In this document: one piece after another, positions 27,180 through 38,507 of the stretch
How positions within the stretch are numbered: the stretch's first letter is position 1
Layout: each line of letters begins with the position of its first letter
Assembly (NCBI RefSeq): GCF_056712565.1
Contig: NZ_CM160072.1
Length of the DNA: 64,000 nt
Direction: 5' to 3' (one strand)
Translations under genes and position numbers: made by a program
Notes under the pieces: generated by a model
What the model was told of the DNA's origin: nothing
What the model saw: the letters and a program-made list of their open reading frames with translations, nothing else
Database searches by the model: none

Positions 27180-28115
27180 TTATGAAGTGGTTTTTACCTG
27201 TTCTCTTAACCAAGTAATAAATGCCTCAATTTTTGGCCACTGCCTGCCCGGTAATGTAGTGATGTAATAATGCTGATGGCATTTCACCGTCATATCGCCA
27301 AACGGCGCGACGAGCTCACCACTGGCAAGCCTTTTTTGTACCAGACGTTTCCTTCCCATCGCCACCCCAATATGATTCATCGCGGCGATAACGGCTAAAT
27401 CAGAGCGATCAAAGCCAATTCCAGAAGATGTCGGCAAATTAACCGCATAATGTTGCGCCCAACTATGCCATTCATCCGTACCGGAGTCGTTGCTCCATGC
27501 CTGTCTGTCATGGAGCAACGTACAGTGACGCAGGTTAATTACCGTGTTGGTTAAATCATGTCTATGAGCGTACTCCGGGCTGCAAACTGGCAGGATTTCT
27601 TCATCCATCAGAAAGTGATGAGCCAATTGCGCTGACGGCGCATCATCAAAGTAGATCGCCAAATCGATTCCGGCACGTTGCAAATTGACATTGTCATTAC
27701 CAGTGAGCACGGTGAGCGAAATAGACGGATATCGGCGTGTAAAGTCACCTAATGCGGGCACCAACCAGCATTGGGCGATAGAGGGCCGGGAATACAACGT
27801 TAACGTTCCCGATAACTCCTGATTTTTGATATCCAGAATTTCCTGATTCAGGGTATCCAGCGACGATTTTAGCGCCCAATAAACACGTTTCCCCTCGTGC
27901 GTTAATTCCACTTTGCGATGGGAACGAACAAACAACTGAATACCTAATTCTTCTTCCAGCTGATTGATACGGTGACTTACCGCACTGGGGCTCAGCGACA
28001 ATTCCTCTGCCGCAAGGGCGAAGGACTGATGCCTGGCAGCCACTTCAAAAGTATGCAGTTTTGATAGTTGCCAGCCGTTAAGCAGTCGATTTCTTATTTC
28101 ACGAAGGGGTTCCAT
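27180..28115 (-). CDS. dsdC: LysR-type regulator of D-serine utilisation
   Basis: ORF matches recalled DsdC (start MEPLREIRN at internal ATG); divergent from dsdXA. Confidence 0.95.
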   Translation of the reverse strand: MEPLREIRNRLLNGWQLSKLHTFEVAARHQSFALAAEELSLSPSAVSHRINQLEEELGIQLFVRSHRKVELTHEGKRVYWALKSSLDTLNQEILDIKNQELSGTLTLYSRPSIAQCWLVPALGDFTRRYPSISLTVLTGNDNVNLQRAGIDLAIYFDDAPSAQLAHHFLMDEEILPVCSPEYAHRHDLTNTVINLRHCTLLHDRQAWSNDSGTDEWHSWAQHYAVNLPTSSGIGFDRSDLAVIAAMNHIGVAMGRKRLVQKRLASGELVAPFGDMTVKCHQHYYITTLPGRQWPKIEAFITWLREQVKTTS

Positions 28116-28332
28116 AATCACCTCATTTTTCTCTTAAGTGTAAAAAAATAGCGGCAAAATTTCAGCTTCTAGGTGAGCTAAAGTGAACCATATCTCAATT
28201 CACCTTCATTTTTAGATGTAAATCACTCCATTGATGCAATTTAGCTCACGTGAAAGGCAAATTTTATCGTTTGTCAGCCTGCGTTGTTTTTTTGTCCAAT
28301 ATCATCAGGTTAATCACAGGGGAAGGTGAGAT

Positions 28333-29670
28333 ATGCACTCTCAAATCTGGGTTGTGAGCACGCTGCTTATCAGCATCGTGTTAATTGTACTGACCATCGT
28401 GAAGTTCAAATTCCACCCGTTTCTGGCGCTGTTGCTGGCCAGCTTCTTCGTGGGAACGATGATGGGCATGGGGCCACTGGATATGGTAAATGCTATTGAA
28501 AGTGGAATTGGCGGAACGCTGGGGTTCCTCGCTGCGGTTATCGGCCTTGGCACGATACTGGGAAAAATGATGGAAGTATCCGGGGCCGCAGAAAGAATTG
28601 GTCTGACACTTCAACGCTGCCGGTGGCTTTCAGCTGATGTCATTATGGTGCTGGTTGGCCTGATTTGCGGCATCACGCTGTTTGTTGAAGTGGGCGTCGT
28701 GCTATTGATTCCTCTGGCTTTTTCAATTGCCAAAAAAACCAATACCTCATTGTTAAAGCTGGCCATTCCGCTGTGTACCGCATTGATGGCAGTGCACTGC
28801 GTGGTTCCCCCACATCCGGCTGCTTTATATGTTGCCAATAAGCTGGGCGCAGATATCGGTTCGGTGATCGTCTACGGTTTGCTGGTTGGGCTGATGGCAT
28901 CACTGATCGGTGGCCCACTTTTCCTTAAATTTCTGGGGCAACGACTGCCCTTTAAACCTGTACCCACAGAGTTTGCCGATCTCAAAGTTCGCGATGAAAA
29001 AACACTACCGTCATTAGGCGCAACGTTATTCACCATACTGCTACCCATTGCGCTGATGTTGGTTAAAACGATTGCCGAATTGAATATGGCGCGTGAGAGT
29101 GGTTTGTATACCTTGCTTGAGTTTATTGGCAACCCTATCACTGCCATGTTTATCGCCGTATTTGTCGCCTATTATGTGTTGGGTATACGTCAGCATATGA
29201 GCATGGGGACGATGCTCACACATACGGAAAATGGTTTCGGTTCTATTGCTAATATTTTGCTGATTATCGGGGCCGGAGGCGCATTCAACGCCATTTTAAA
29301 AAGCAGCAGTCTCGCTGATACGCTGGCAGTTATTCTCTCCAATATGCATATGCACCCGATTCTTCTGGCCTGGTTGGTGGCACTTATTCTGCATGCTGCA
29401 GTGGGCTCCGCTACGGTGGCAATGATGGGGGCAACGGCAATTGTTGCACCCATGCTGCCGCTGTATCCCGACATCAGCCCGGAAATTATTGCAATTGCCA
29501 TCGGTTCAGGTGCGATTGGCTGCACGATCGTTACGGACTCGCTTTTCTGGCTGGTGAAGCAATATTGCGGTGCTACGCTCAATGAAACATTTAAATACTA
29601 TACGACAGCGACATTTATCGCTTCAGTCATCGCTCTGGCGGGCACATTCCTGCTGTCATTTATCATCTAA
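28333..29670 (+). CDS. dsdX: D-serine transporter (GntP family)
   Basis: 445-aa polytopic membrane ORF upstream of dsdA. Confidence 0.95.
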   Translation: MHSQIWVVSTLLISIVLIVLTIVKFKFHPFLALLLASFFVGTMMGMGPLDMVNAIESGIGGTLGFLAAVIGLGTILGKMMEVSGAAERIGLTLQRCRWLSADVIMVLVGLICGITLFVEVGVVLLIPLAFSIAKKTNTSLLKLAIPLCTALMAVHCVVPPHPAALYVANKLGADIGSVIVYGLLVGLMASLIGGPLFLKFLGQRLPFKPVPTEFADLKVRDEKTLPSLGATLFTILLPIALMLVKTIAELNMARESGLYTLLEFIGNPITAMFIAVFVAYYVLGIRQHMSMGTMLTHTENGFGSIANILLIIGAGGAFNAILKSSSLADTLAVILSNMHMHPILLAWLVALILHAAVGSATVAMMGATAIVAPMLPLYPDISPEIIAIAIGSGAIGCTIVTDSLFWLVKQYCGATLNETFKYYTTATFIASVIALAGTFLLSFII

Positions 29671-29687
29671 GCGCAAAGAGACGTACT

Positions 29688-31016
29688 ATGGAAAACGCTA
29701 AAATGAATTCGCTCATCGCCCAGTATCCGTTGGTAGAGGATCTGGTTGCTCTTAAAGAAACCACCTGGTTTAATCCTGGCACGACCTCATTGGCAGAAGG
29801 TTTACCTTATGTTGGCCTGACCGAACAGGATGTTCAGGACGCCCATGCGCGCCTGTCTCGTTTTGCGCCGTATCTGGCAAAAGCATTTCCTGAAACGGCT
29901 GCCGCGGGGGGGATTATTGAATCAGAACTGGTTGCTATTCCTGCTATGCAAAAACGGCTGGAAAAGGAATATCACCAGCCGATCGCCGGGCAATTGCTAC
30001 TAAAAAAAGACAGCCATTTGCCGATTTCCGGCTCCATAAAAGCACGTGGCGGGATTTATGAAGTCCTGGCCCATGCTGAAAAACTGGCTCTGGAAGCGGG
30101 TTTGCTGACACTTGAGGATGATTACAGCAAACTGCTTTCCCCGGAGTTTAAACAGTTCTTTAGCCAATACAGTATTGCTGTGGGATCAACCGGAAATCTG
30201 GGGTTATCAATTGGTATTATGAGCGCCCGCATCGGCTTTAAAGTAACGGTGCATATGTCTGCTGATGCCCGCGCCTGGAAAAAAGCGAAACTGCGCAGTC
30301 ATGGCGTTACTGTCGTGGAATACGAGCAAGATTATGGTGTTGCTGTCGAGGAAGGACGTAAAGCAGCGCAGTCTGACCCGAACTGTTTCTTTATTGATGA
30401 CGAGAATTCCCGCACGTTGTTCCTTGGATATTCCGTCGCAGGCCAGCGTCTTAAGGCACAATTTGCTCAGCAAGGTCGCATCGTCAATGCTGATAACCCT
30501 CTGTTTGTCTATCTGCCGTGTGGTGTTGGCGGTGGTCCTGGTGGCGTCGCATTCGGACTTAAACTGGCGTTTGGCGATCATGTTCACTGCTTTTTTGCCG
30601 AACCAACGCACTCCCCGTGTATGTTATTAGGCGTCCATACCGGATTACACGATCAGATTTCTGTTCAGGATATTGGCATCGACAACCTTACCGCTGCCGA
30701 TGGCCTTGCGGTTGGTCGCGCATCGGGCTTTGTCGGGCGGGCAATGGAGCGTCTGCTGGATGGCTTCTATACCCTTAGCGATCAAACCATGTATGACATG
30801 CTTAGCTGGTTGGCGCAGGAAGAAGGTATTCGTCTTGAACCATCGGCACTGGCGGGTATGGCCGGGCCTCAGCGCGTGTGCGCATCAGTAAGTTACCAAC
30901 AGATGCACGGTTTCAGCGCAGAACAACTGCGTAATGCCACTCATCTGGTGTGGGCGACGGGAGGTGGAATGGTGCCGGAAGAAGAGATGAATCAATATCT
31001 GGCAAAAGGCCGTTAA
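29688..31016 (+). CDS. dsdA: D-serine dehydratase (PLP-dependent)
   Basis: 442-aa ORF with PLP-lysine region (SGSIKARGG). Confidence 0.95.
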   Translation: MENAKMNSLIAQYPLVEDLVALKETTWFNPGTTSLAEGLPYVGLTEQDVQDAHARLSRFAPYLAKAFPETAAAGGIIESELVAIPAMQKRLEKEYHQPIAGQLLLKKDSHLPISGSIKARGGIYEVLAHAEKLALEAGLLTLEDDYSKLLSPEFKQFFSQYSIAVGSTGNLGLSIGIMSARIGFKVTVHMSADARAWKKAKLRSHGVTVVEYEQDYGVAVEEGRKAAQSDPNCFFIDDENSRTLFLGYSVAGQRLKAQFAQQGRIVNADNPLFVYLPCGVGGGPGGVAFGLKLAFGDHVHCFFAEPTHSPCMLLGVHTGLHDQISVQDIGIDNLTAADGLAVGRASGFVGRAMERLLDGFYTLSDQTMYDMLSWLAQEEGIRLEPSALAGMAGPQRVCASVSYQQMHGFSAEQLRNATHLVWATGGGMVPEEEMNQYLAKGR

Positions 31017-31123
31017 TAACGTTTCAACGCAGCATCGCCATCCTTTCCCTGGGTGAGCGATGCTGCCGATGACGCAGACTTAAGATTCTGCCGTTTTACC
31101 TGCTATAGCCTCCTCTTTTTCCA

Positions 31124-32662
31124 TCACCCAACGCCTTTCGCTGTAAACGGCGGTTTCGCAAACCAAACCAAAACCGTAAGTAAGATAAAAGCAATAGCCG
31201 CCATACGGAAAATCTCATTTGCAGAAATAGAAAGTGACTGCTGAGTTATTTCATTATTAATTTCATTAAGAACTCCTGAAAGCGAACCATAGTATTTATC
31301 CATAATTTGTGACGATGAATTAAACACGGGGTTAAATTGATCGATGGTTGCTGTCAACTGACTATGGTGTAACGATTCGCGGCGTCCCCACAGTGTCATT
31401 GTCAACGACGTACCAACTGATCCTGACAAGGTGCGAAAAAAATTACTCATACTCGAGGCATTGGCAAATTTATTATCTGGCAAGCCTGAAAACGAAATCG
31501 TTGTTAAGGGTAAAAAGAAACAGGCAACGGCGAATCCCTGAAAAAACTGTGGCAAAATGATGCCTGTAAAATCAATCGTTGGCATAAATGTCACAGAACG
31601 CCAGTAATAGCAAACCGCATACATCAAAAAACTAAATGTCACCAACAACCGCATATCAATTTTGTTGCCATAACGTCCTATCAAAGGTGATATTAATAGC
31701 GGCATGATACCGATGGGCGCATAGGCAAGTCCGGCCCATATCGCATTATACCCCATCGTTTCCTGGAGTAACTGCGGCATAAGAACTATCGCTCCAGAGT
31801 AAAATAAATACGCGCATGTGATACTCACAATACCAATGGTGAAATTACGGGACTTAAACAAACTGAGGTCAAGAATCGGATTCTCTGAGGTCGACTCCCA
31901 AATGACTAAAGAGATCAGAGAAATAACTGATACTACTGTTAGTAGTATTATTGTACTCGAGTTGAACCAATCCAGATCGCGCCCTTTATCAAGCATAATT
32001 TGCAAGCCACCAACACCGAGCACTAACAGGGTCAGTCCTGGTAGATTCATTTTGACCGGTGAAGTCTCAGTTTCTCGTCCTTTAAGTAAGGTTAAGCATA
32101 ATGTCAGGACGATAATCCCCATAGGGACATTGATTAAAAATATCCAACCCCAGCTAAAGTTATCGCAAATATAGCCGCCCAATATCGGCCCACATATCGG
32201 AGCGATAATCACGGTCATTGACCATAATGCCAGAGCAAATGTTCTTTTTTCTGGTGGATAATTCCTTAATAATAAACTCTGTGACAGTGGAATTAACGGC
32301 CCCGCCATTAACCCCTGAACGACTCTAAAAAATATCAGCACATCAAGATTGGTCGATAAACTACACATTAATGAAGACAGCGAAAAAAAGGTTACTGAAA
32401 GTAAAAATAACCTTAATTCGCCTATTCTTTGTGCCAGCCTGCCGGTAACAGGGATCGCAATGGCATTTGCTACGCCAAACGAGGTGATAACCCAGGTGCC
32501 TTCGTCTGTTGATGCTCCCAGAAAGCCAGATATTGTCGGTATTGCGACGTTAGAAATAGTGGAATCCAACATTTGCATAAACGTCGCTAATGACAATGCA
32601 ATAGTGACGCACCATAACGTCCCACCGGTTAATGGTGCAGGAGTTGATTTAGTGATTGCCAT
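31124..32662 (-). CDS. emrY: MFS multidrug efflux pump EmrY
   Basis: 512-aa 14-TM MFS-like ORF downstream of emrK. Confidence 0.9.
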   Translation of the reverse strand: MAITKSTPAPLTGGTLWCVTIALSLATFMQMLDSTISNVAIPTISGFLGASTDEGTWVITSFGVANAIAIPVTGRLAQRIGELRLFLLSVTFFSLSSLMCSLSTNLDVLIFFRVVQGLMAGPLIPLSQSLLLRNYPPEKRTFALALWSMTVIIAPICGPILGGYICDNFSWGWIFLINVPMGIIVLTLCLTLLKGRETETSPVKMNLPGLTLLVLGVGGLQIMLDKGRDLDWFNSSTIILLTVVSVISLISLVIWESTSENPILDLSLFKSRNFTIGIVSITCAYLFYSGAIVLMPQLLQETMGYNAIWAGLAYAPIGIMPLLISPLIGRYGNKIDMRLLVTFSFLMYAVCYYWRSVTFMPTIDFTGIILPQFFQGFAVACFFLPLTTISFSGLPDNKFANASSMSNFFRTLSGSVGTSLTMTLWGRRESLHHSQLTATIDQFNPVFNSSSQIMDKYYGSLSGVLNEINNEITQQSLSISANEIFRMAAIAFILLTVLVWFAKPPFTAKGVG

Positions 32663-33825
32663 TAAAGTTGTCCATTATGCGAAATAATGTTGCTAATTTC
32701 TTTTTCTATCGGACTGGTATCGATAACTAAAGCCTTACTGGTATAAGCAGGCATGGACGTCACGGTTGAAGCCAGATCGGGCATCTCGGCAATGTCTTCA
32801 TTCTTCGTATCAATAGTAGCAGTCATCGATAAACCAATGCGCAAAGGGTGTTCCATGAGTTCTTTTGGATCCAGAGAAACTTCAACCGGTACACGCTGAA
32901 CGATTTTGATCCAGTTCCCTGTCGCATTTTGTGCAGGTAATAAGGAGAACGCATTGCCGGTTCCCATATTGATCCCTGTCACCCGACCATGAAACACAAC
33001 ATTTTCACCATAAAGATCGCTGATAATATTGACCGATTGACCAATCCGTACATCCGTGAGTTGTGTTTCTTTAAAGTTGGCATTAACCCACATTTGACGC
33101 GCCGGTACGACAGCCATTAACGATTGTCCGGGACTCACTGTTTCGCCGACCTGAACACTTCTTTGGGCAATATAACCGGTAACCGGACTCTTAATATCCG
33201 TACGTTTAAGCGCCAACCAGGCTTCTTTGGTTGCATCTGCAGCTTCAATGACTTGTGGCTGACGGTTTAATGGTGTGTTCATTACTAAAGCTTTATTCGC
33301 TTTATAAGCCTGGATAGCAGCATTCAATGCCGCTTTGCTACTTATTAACGTATCTTTGGTATGCTCCAGCGCTTCTTTTGAAATAACCCCTTGCTTCGCT
33401 AAAGGCACACGACGGTTATAATCTTCTAAAGATTGTTGATACTGAATACGTGCTGAAGCGACTTCGGCACTGTATTGTTTATCCTGTAAGTATAGTTTAT
33501 TCGTTTGCCGAACAATATTTGCCAGATTATTTTTAGCTTTATTGAGTGCGATAGTGGCATCAGTTTTATCCAGTGAAACTAAAATGTCACCTTGTCGAAC
33601 GTAGTTCGTATCTTTATGATTAACGACAGTGACACTGCCTGAGACTTGTGCAGAAATTGGATCTGCATTTCCCGTGACATAGGCGTCATCTGTACTAATC
33701 ATGTCTTTTAATTCCATTGACCAATAGGCATAGGCACCTGAAAACGCAATAAATAAAACTACCGCTAACAAAGCAAAATACTTTCTTCTGTCAGAATGTT
33801 TTTTATTTGAATTAACCTGTTCCAC
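32662..33825 (-). CDS. emrK: Membrane fusion protein EmrK
   Basis: 387-aa ORF with N-terminal TM anchor and coiled-coil/biotinyl-like domains; ATGA overlap with emrY. Confidence 0.9.
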   Translation of the reverse strand: MEQVNSNKKHSDRRKYFALLAVVLFIAFSGAYAYWSMELKDMISTDDAYVTGNADPISAQVSGSVTVVNHKDTNYVRQGDILVSLDKTDATIALNKAKNNLANIVRQTNKLYLQDKQYSAEVASARIQYQQSLEDYNRRVPLAKQGVISKEALEHTKDTLISSKAALNAAIQAYKANKALVMNTPLNRQPQVIEAADATKEAWLALKRTDIKSPVTGYIAQRSVQVGETVSPGQSLMAVVPARQMWVNANFKETQLTDVRIGQSVNIISDLYGENVVFHGRVTGINMGTGNAFSLLPAQNATGNWIKIVQRVPVEVSLDPKELMEHPLRIGLSMTATIDTKNEDIAEMPDLASTVTSMPAYTSKALVIDTSPIEKEISNIISHNGQL

Positions 33826-33997
33826 TATTATCTCTCATTTCGCATAGATGAAATTTATGAATTGAATGAAAAGAGTATTCATTCTTCATATCAAACACAG
33901 TGCATGTTTTGCACATTATCCCAGGAACGTTGGAGGGCTAATTTAAATGAGGTGCAAAAAAACAACAGAGGACTAAACCGCGGCTTTTGCAATACAA

Positions 33998-34014
33998 TTC
34001 TTACGCCTGTAGGA
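33998..34014. promoter_or_regulatory. Candidate EvgA box in the emrK-evgA intergenic region
   Basis: TTCTTACGCCTGTAGGA resembles the EvgA consensus TTCYTACA-N2-TGTRGAA (from memory). Confidence 0.35.
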
Positions 34015-34239
34015 TTAGTGAGAAAACTTATAGTGCTCATTTGAAACTATAAATCATCGGTATCATCCCTGATTTTATTGTTGACATTTTATTTATGCCG
34101 ACTATTTATATGGTATACTTGTCGAATTATCTTAAAGGAAGCTCAAATTTTCTTATTTTTATTGAGAAAATGAGATGATACCTTATGTCTGTATTACTAC
34201 AAGGAGAAGGGAAATGCTTCATTGCAAAGGGAATAATCT

Positions 34240-34854
34240 ATGAACGCAATAATTATTGATGACCATCCTCTTGCTATCGCAGCAATTCGTAATTTATTGA
34301 TCAAAAACGATATTGAAATCTTAGCAGAGTTGACTGAAGGCGGAAGCGCCGTTCAGCGGGTGGAAACACTTAAGCCTGATATCGTCATCATTGATGTCGA
34401 TATCCCCGGAGTTAACGGTATCCAGGTGTTAGAAACGCTGAGAAAGCGCCAATATAGCGGAATTATTATTATTGTCTCCGCTAAAAATGACCATTTTTAC
34501 GGGAAACATTGTGCTGATGCTGGCGCTAATGGTTTCGTGAGTAAAAAAGAAGGCATGAACAATATCATTGCGGCTATTGAAGCTGCAAAAAATGGCTACT
34601 GCTATTTCCCCTTCTCTCTCAACCGGTTTGTTGGAAGTTTAACGTCCGACCAGCAAAAACTCGACTCCTTATCGAAACAAGAAATTAGTGTCATGCGGTA
34701 TATTCTTGATGGCAAGGATAATAATGACATTGCTGAAAAAATGTTCATCAGCAACAAAACTGTCAGCACTTATAAAAGTCGCTTGATGGAAAAATTAGAA
34801 TGCAAATCACTGATGGATCTTTACACATTCGCACAACGTAACAAAATCGGCTAA
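34240..34854 (+). CDS. evgA: Response regulator EvgA (NarL/FixJ family)
   Basis: 204-aa ORF with receiver domain and C-terminal LuxR-type HTH. Confidence 0.95.
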   Translation: MNAIIIDDHPLAIAAIRNLLIKNDIEILAELTEGGSAVQRVETLKPDIVIIDVDIPGVNGIQVLETLRKRQYSGIIIIVSAKNDHFYGKHCADAGANGFVSKKEGMNNIIAAIEAAKNGYCYFPFSLNRFVGSLTSDQQKLDSLSKQEISVMRYILDGKDNNDIAEKMFISNKTVSTYKSRLMEKLECKSLMDLYTFAQRNKIG

Positions 34855-34858
34855 CCAC

Positions 34859-37800
34859 ATGAAGTTTTTACCCTATATTTTTCTTCTCTGTTGTGGTCTT
34901 TGGTCGACCATAAGCTTCGCAGACGGAGATTACATCGAATATCGTGGCATCAGTAGTAACAACCGTGTCACACTTGATCCACTACGTCTGAGCAACAAGG
35001 AATTACGTTGGCTCGCGAGCAAAAAAAATCTTGTGATTGCAGTACACAAGTCCCAAACAGCTACGTTGTTGCATACCGATTCGCAGCAACGGATTCGTGG
35101 TATTAATGCTGATTATTTAAATCTTTTAAAAAGAGCGTTAAATATCAAATTAACACTCCGGGAATACGCAGATCATCAAAAAGCAATGGACGCGCTGGAA
35201 GACGGTGAAGTTGATATAGTGTTATCACATTTAGTTGCTTCGCCGCCTCTTAATGATGACATTGCTGCAACTAATCCTCTGATAATTACCTTTCCGGCGC
35301 TGGTCACTACCCTTCACGATTCAATGCGACCGCTTACCTCATCAAAACCAGTAAATATTGCTCGAGTAGCAAATTATCCCCCAGACGAGGTAATTCATCA
35401 ATCATTTCCAAAAGCAACAATTATCTCTTTTACAAATTTATATCAGGCATTAGCATCCGTCTCAGCCGGACAGAATGATTACTTTATTGGTAGTAACATC
35501 ATTACCAGCAGTATGATTTCCCGTTATTTTACTCACTCCTTAAATGTAGTGAAGTATTATAACTCACCGCGTCAATATAACTTTTTATTAACCAGAAAAG
35601 ATTCAATCGTTCTTAATGAAGTACTCAATCGATTTGTTGATGCTTTAACAAATGAAGTTCGCTATGAAGTATCACAAAATTGGCTTGATACAGGAAACCT
35701 GGCCTTTCTGAACAAACCATTAGAACTCACTGAACATGAAAAACAGTGGATTAAGCAGCATCCCGATTTAAAGGTGCTGGAAAATCCTTACTCGCCACCC
35801 TATTCTATGACAGATGAAACTGGCTCAGTTCGGGGCGTGATGGGTGATATTCTTAATATTATTACCTTGCAAACAGGTTTAAATTTTTCTCCGATCACCG
35901 TTTCACATAATATTCATGCTGGGACACAGCTTAACCCCGGTGGATGGGATATATTGCCCGCCGCTATTTATAGTGAAGATCGAGAAAATAATGTTTCATT
36001 TGCTGAAGTCTTCATAACAACGCCTTACGTTTTTGTCATGCAAAAAGCGCCTGACAGTGAACAAACATTAAAAAAAGGAATGAAAGTTGCCATTCCATAT
36101 TATTATGAGCTTCATTCGCAATTAAAAGAGATGTATCCGGAGGTAGAGTGGATAAAAGTCGATAACGCCAGCGCTGCATTTCACAAGGTCAAGGAAGGTG
36201 AACTTGATGCTCTGGTCGCGACACAGTTAAATTCGCGTTACATGATCGACCATTACTATCCTAATGAACTTTATCATTTTCTTATTCCCGGCGTTCAGAA
36301 TGCATCACTTTCGTTCGCTTTTCCTCGCGGAGAACCGGAACTTAAGGATATTATTAATAAAGCACTGAATGCAATTCCCCCAAGCGAAGTTCTGCGCCTG
36401 ACCGAAAAATGGATTAAAATGCCCAATGTGACCATTGACACATGGGACCTCTATAGCGAGCAGTTTTATATTGTTACGACATTATCCGTTTTATTAGTTG
36501 GCAGTAGCCTTTTATGGGGATTCTACCTGTTACGCTCAGTTCGTCGTCGTAAAGTTATTCAGGGTGATTTAGAAAACCAAATATCATTCCGGAAAGCACT
36601 CTCGGACTCCTTACCGAATCCAACTTATGTTGTAAACTGGCAAGGTAATGTCATTAGTCATAATAGTGCATTTGAACATTATTTCACTGATGATTACTAC
36701 AAAAATGCAATGTTGCCATTAGAAAACAGTGAATCCCCCTTTAAAGATGTTTTTTCTAATACGCATGAAGTCACAGCAGAAACGAAAGAAAACCGAACAA
36801 TATACACACAGGTATTTGAAATTGATAATGGCATCGAGAAAAGATGCATTAATCACTGGCATACCTTATGTAATCTGCCAGCAAGCGAACATGCTGTTTA
36901 TATTTGTGGTTGGCAAGATATTACCGAGACGCGTGATTTAATTCATGCACTCGAAGTAGAGAGAAATAAAGCGATCAATGCAACTGTCGCAAAAAGCCAG
37001 TTTCTGGCAACAATGAGTCACGAAATAAGAACACCAATAAGCTCCATTATGGGCTTCCTGGAACTTCTGTCGGGTTCTGGTCTTAGCAAGGAACAACGGG
37101 TGGAGGCGATTTCACTTGCCTACGCCACCGGACAATCACTCCTCGGCTTAATTGGTGAAATCCTTGATGTCGACAAAATTGAATCGGGTAACTATCAACT
37201 TCAACCACAATGGGTCGATATCCCTACTTTAGTCCAGAACACTTGTCACTCTTTCGCTGCGATTGCTGCAAGCAAATCGATCGCATTAAGTTGCAGCAGT
37301 ACGCTTCCTGAACGCTACCTGGTTAAGATCGACCCTCAGGCGTTTAAGCAGGTCTTATCTAATTTACTGAGTAATGCTCTCAAATTTACTACCGAGGGGG
37401 CAGTAAAAATTACGACCTCCCTGGGTCACATTGATGACAACCACGCTGTTATCAAAATGACGATTATGGATTCTGGAAGTGGATTATCGCAGGAAGAACA
37501 ACAACAACTGTTTAAACGCTATAGCCAAACAAGTGCAGGTCGTCAGCAAACAGGTTCTGGTTTAGGCTTAATGATCTGCAAAGAATTAATTAAAAACATG
37601 CAGGGCGATTTGTCATTAGAAAGTCATCCAGGCATAGGAACGATATTTACGATCACAATCCCGGTAGAAATTACCCAACAAGTGGCGGCTGTCGAGGCAA
37701 AAGCAGAACAACCTATAACACTACCTGAAAAGTTGAGCATATTAATCGCGGATGATCATCCGACCAACAGGCTATTACTCAAACGCCAGCTAAATCTATT

Positions 37801-38452
37801 AGGATATGATGTTGATGAAGCCACTGATGGTGTGCAAGCGCTACACAAAGTCAGTATGCAACATTATGATCTGCTTATTACTGACGTTAATATGCCGAAT
37901 ATGGATGGTTTTGAGTTGACTCGCAAACTCCGTGAGCAAAATTCTTCCTTACCCATCTGGGGGCTTACAGCCAACGCACAGGCTAACGAACGTGAAAAAG
38001 GGTTAAATTGCGGCATGAACTTATGTTTGTTCAAACCGTTGACTCTGGATGTACTGAAAACACATTTAAGTCAGTTACACCAGGTTGCGCATATTGCACC
38101 TCAGTATCGCCACCTTGATATCGAGGCCCTGAAGAATAATACGGCGAATGATCTACAACTGATGCAGGAGATTCTCATGACTTTCCAGCATGAAACGCAT
38201 AAAGATCTACCCGCTGCGTTTCATGCACTAGAAGCTGGCGATAACAGAACTTTCCATCAGTGTATTCATCGCATCCACGGTGCGGCTAACATCCTGAATT
38301 TGCAAAAGTTGATTAATATTAGCCACCAGTTAGAAATAACACCTGTTTCAGATGACAGTAAGCCTGAAATTCTTCAGTTGCTGAACTCTGTAAAAGAACA
38401 CATTGCAGAGCTGGACCAGGAGATTACTGTTTTCTGTCAGCAAAATGACTAA
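34859..38452 (+). CDS. evgS: Hybrid sensor kinase EvgS
   Basis: 1197-aa ORF with periplasmic solute-binding-like domains, HisKA/HATPase, receiver and HPt domains. Confidence 0.95.
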   Translation: MKFLPYIFLLCCGLWSTISFADGDYIEYRGISSNNRVTLDPLRLSNKELRWLASKKNLVIAVHKSQTATLLHTDSQQRIRGINADYLNLLKRALNIKLTLREYADHQKAMDALEDGEVDIVLSHLVASPPLNDDIAATNPLIITFPALVTTLHDSMRPLTSSKPVNIARVANYPPDEVIHQSFPKATIISFTNLYQALASVSAGQNDYFIGSNIITSSMISRYFTHSLNVVKYYNSPRQYNFLLTRKDSIVLNEVLNRFVDALTNEVRYEVSQNWLDTGNLAFLNKPLELTEHEKQWIKQHPDLKVLENPYSPPYSMTDETGSVRGVMGDILNIITLQTGLNFSPITVSHNIHAGTQLNPGGWDILPAAIYSEDRENNVSFAEVFITTPYVFVMQKAPDSEQTLKKGMKVAIPYYYELHSQLKEMYPEVEWIKVDNASAAFHKVKEGELDALVATQLNSRYMIDHYYPNELYHFLIPGVQNASLSFAFPRGEPELKDIINKALNAIPPSEVLRLTEKWIKMPNVTIDTWDLYSEQFYIVTTLSVLLVGSSLLWGFYLLRSVRRRKVIQGDLENQISFRKALSDSLPNPTYVVNWQGNVISHNSAFEHYFTDDYYKNAMLPLENSESPFKDVFSNTHEVTAETKENRTIYTQVFEIDNGIEKRCINHWHTLCNLPASEHAVYICGWQDITETRDLIHALEVERNKAINATVAKSQFLATMSHEIRTPISSIMGFLELLSGSGLSKEQRVEAISLAYATGQSLLGLIGEILDVDKIESGNYQLQPQWVDIPTLVQNTCHSFAAIAASKSIALSCSSTLPERYLVKIDPQAFKQVLSNLLSNALKFTTEGAVKITTSLGHIDDNHAVIKMTIMDSGSGLSQEEQQQLFKRYSQTSAGRQQTGSGLGLMICKELIKNMQGDLSLESHPGIGTIFTITIPVEITQQVAAVEAKAEQPITLPEKLSILIADDHPTNRLLLKRQLNLLGYDVDEATDGVQALHKVSMQHYDLLITDVNMPNMDGFELTRKLREQNSSLPIWGLTANAQANEREKGLNCGMNLCLFKPLTLDVLKTHLSQLHQVAHIAPQYRHLDIEALKNNTANDLQLMQEILMTFQHETHKDLPAAFHALEAGDNRTFHQCIHRIHGAANILNLQKLINISHQLEITPVSDDSKPEILQLLNSVKEHIAELDQEITVFCQQND

Positions 38453-38458
38453 ATAGCG

Positions 38459-38486
38459 GCTCCCACAATGTTCAAATGTGGGAGCT
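38459..38486. terminator. Hairpin between convergent evgS and yfdE
   Basis: GCTCCCACA-10 nt-TGTGGGAGC followed by TATTT. Confidence 0.4.
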
Positions 38487-38507
38487 ATTTACCAGCACAT
38501 CTTACAT

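Noticed and set aside
27019-27213. 64-aa minus-strand ORF across the attR arm and the dsdC 3' end
   Set aside because: Overlaps the dsdC stop region and the att arm, with no ribosome-binding site; likely a chance ORF in AT-rich DNA.
31029-31066. 10-bp inverted repeat between dsdA and emrY as a terminator
   Set aside because: Has an 18-nt loop and no flanking U-tract on either strand; more likely a REP-like or protein-binding palindrome than an intrinsic terminator.
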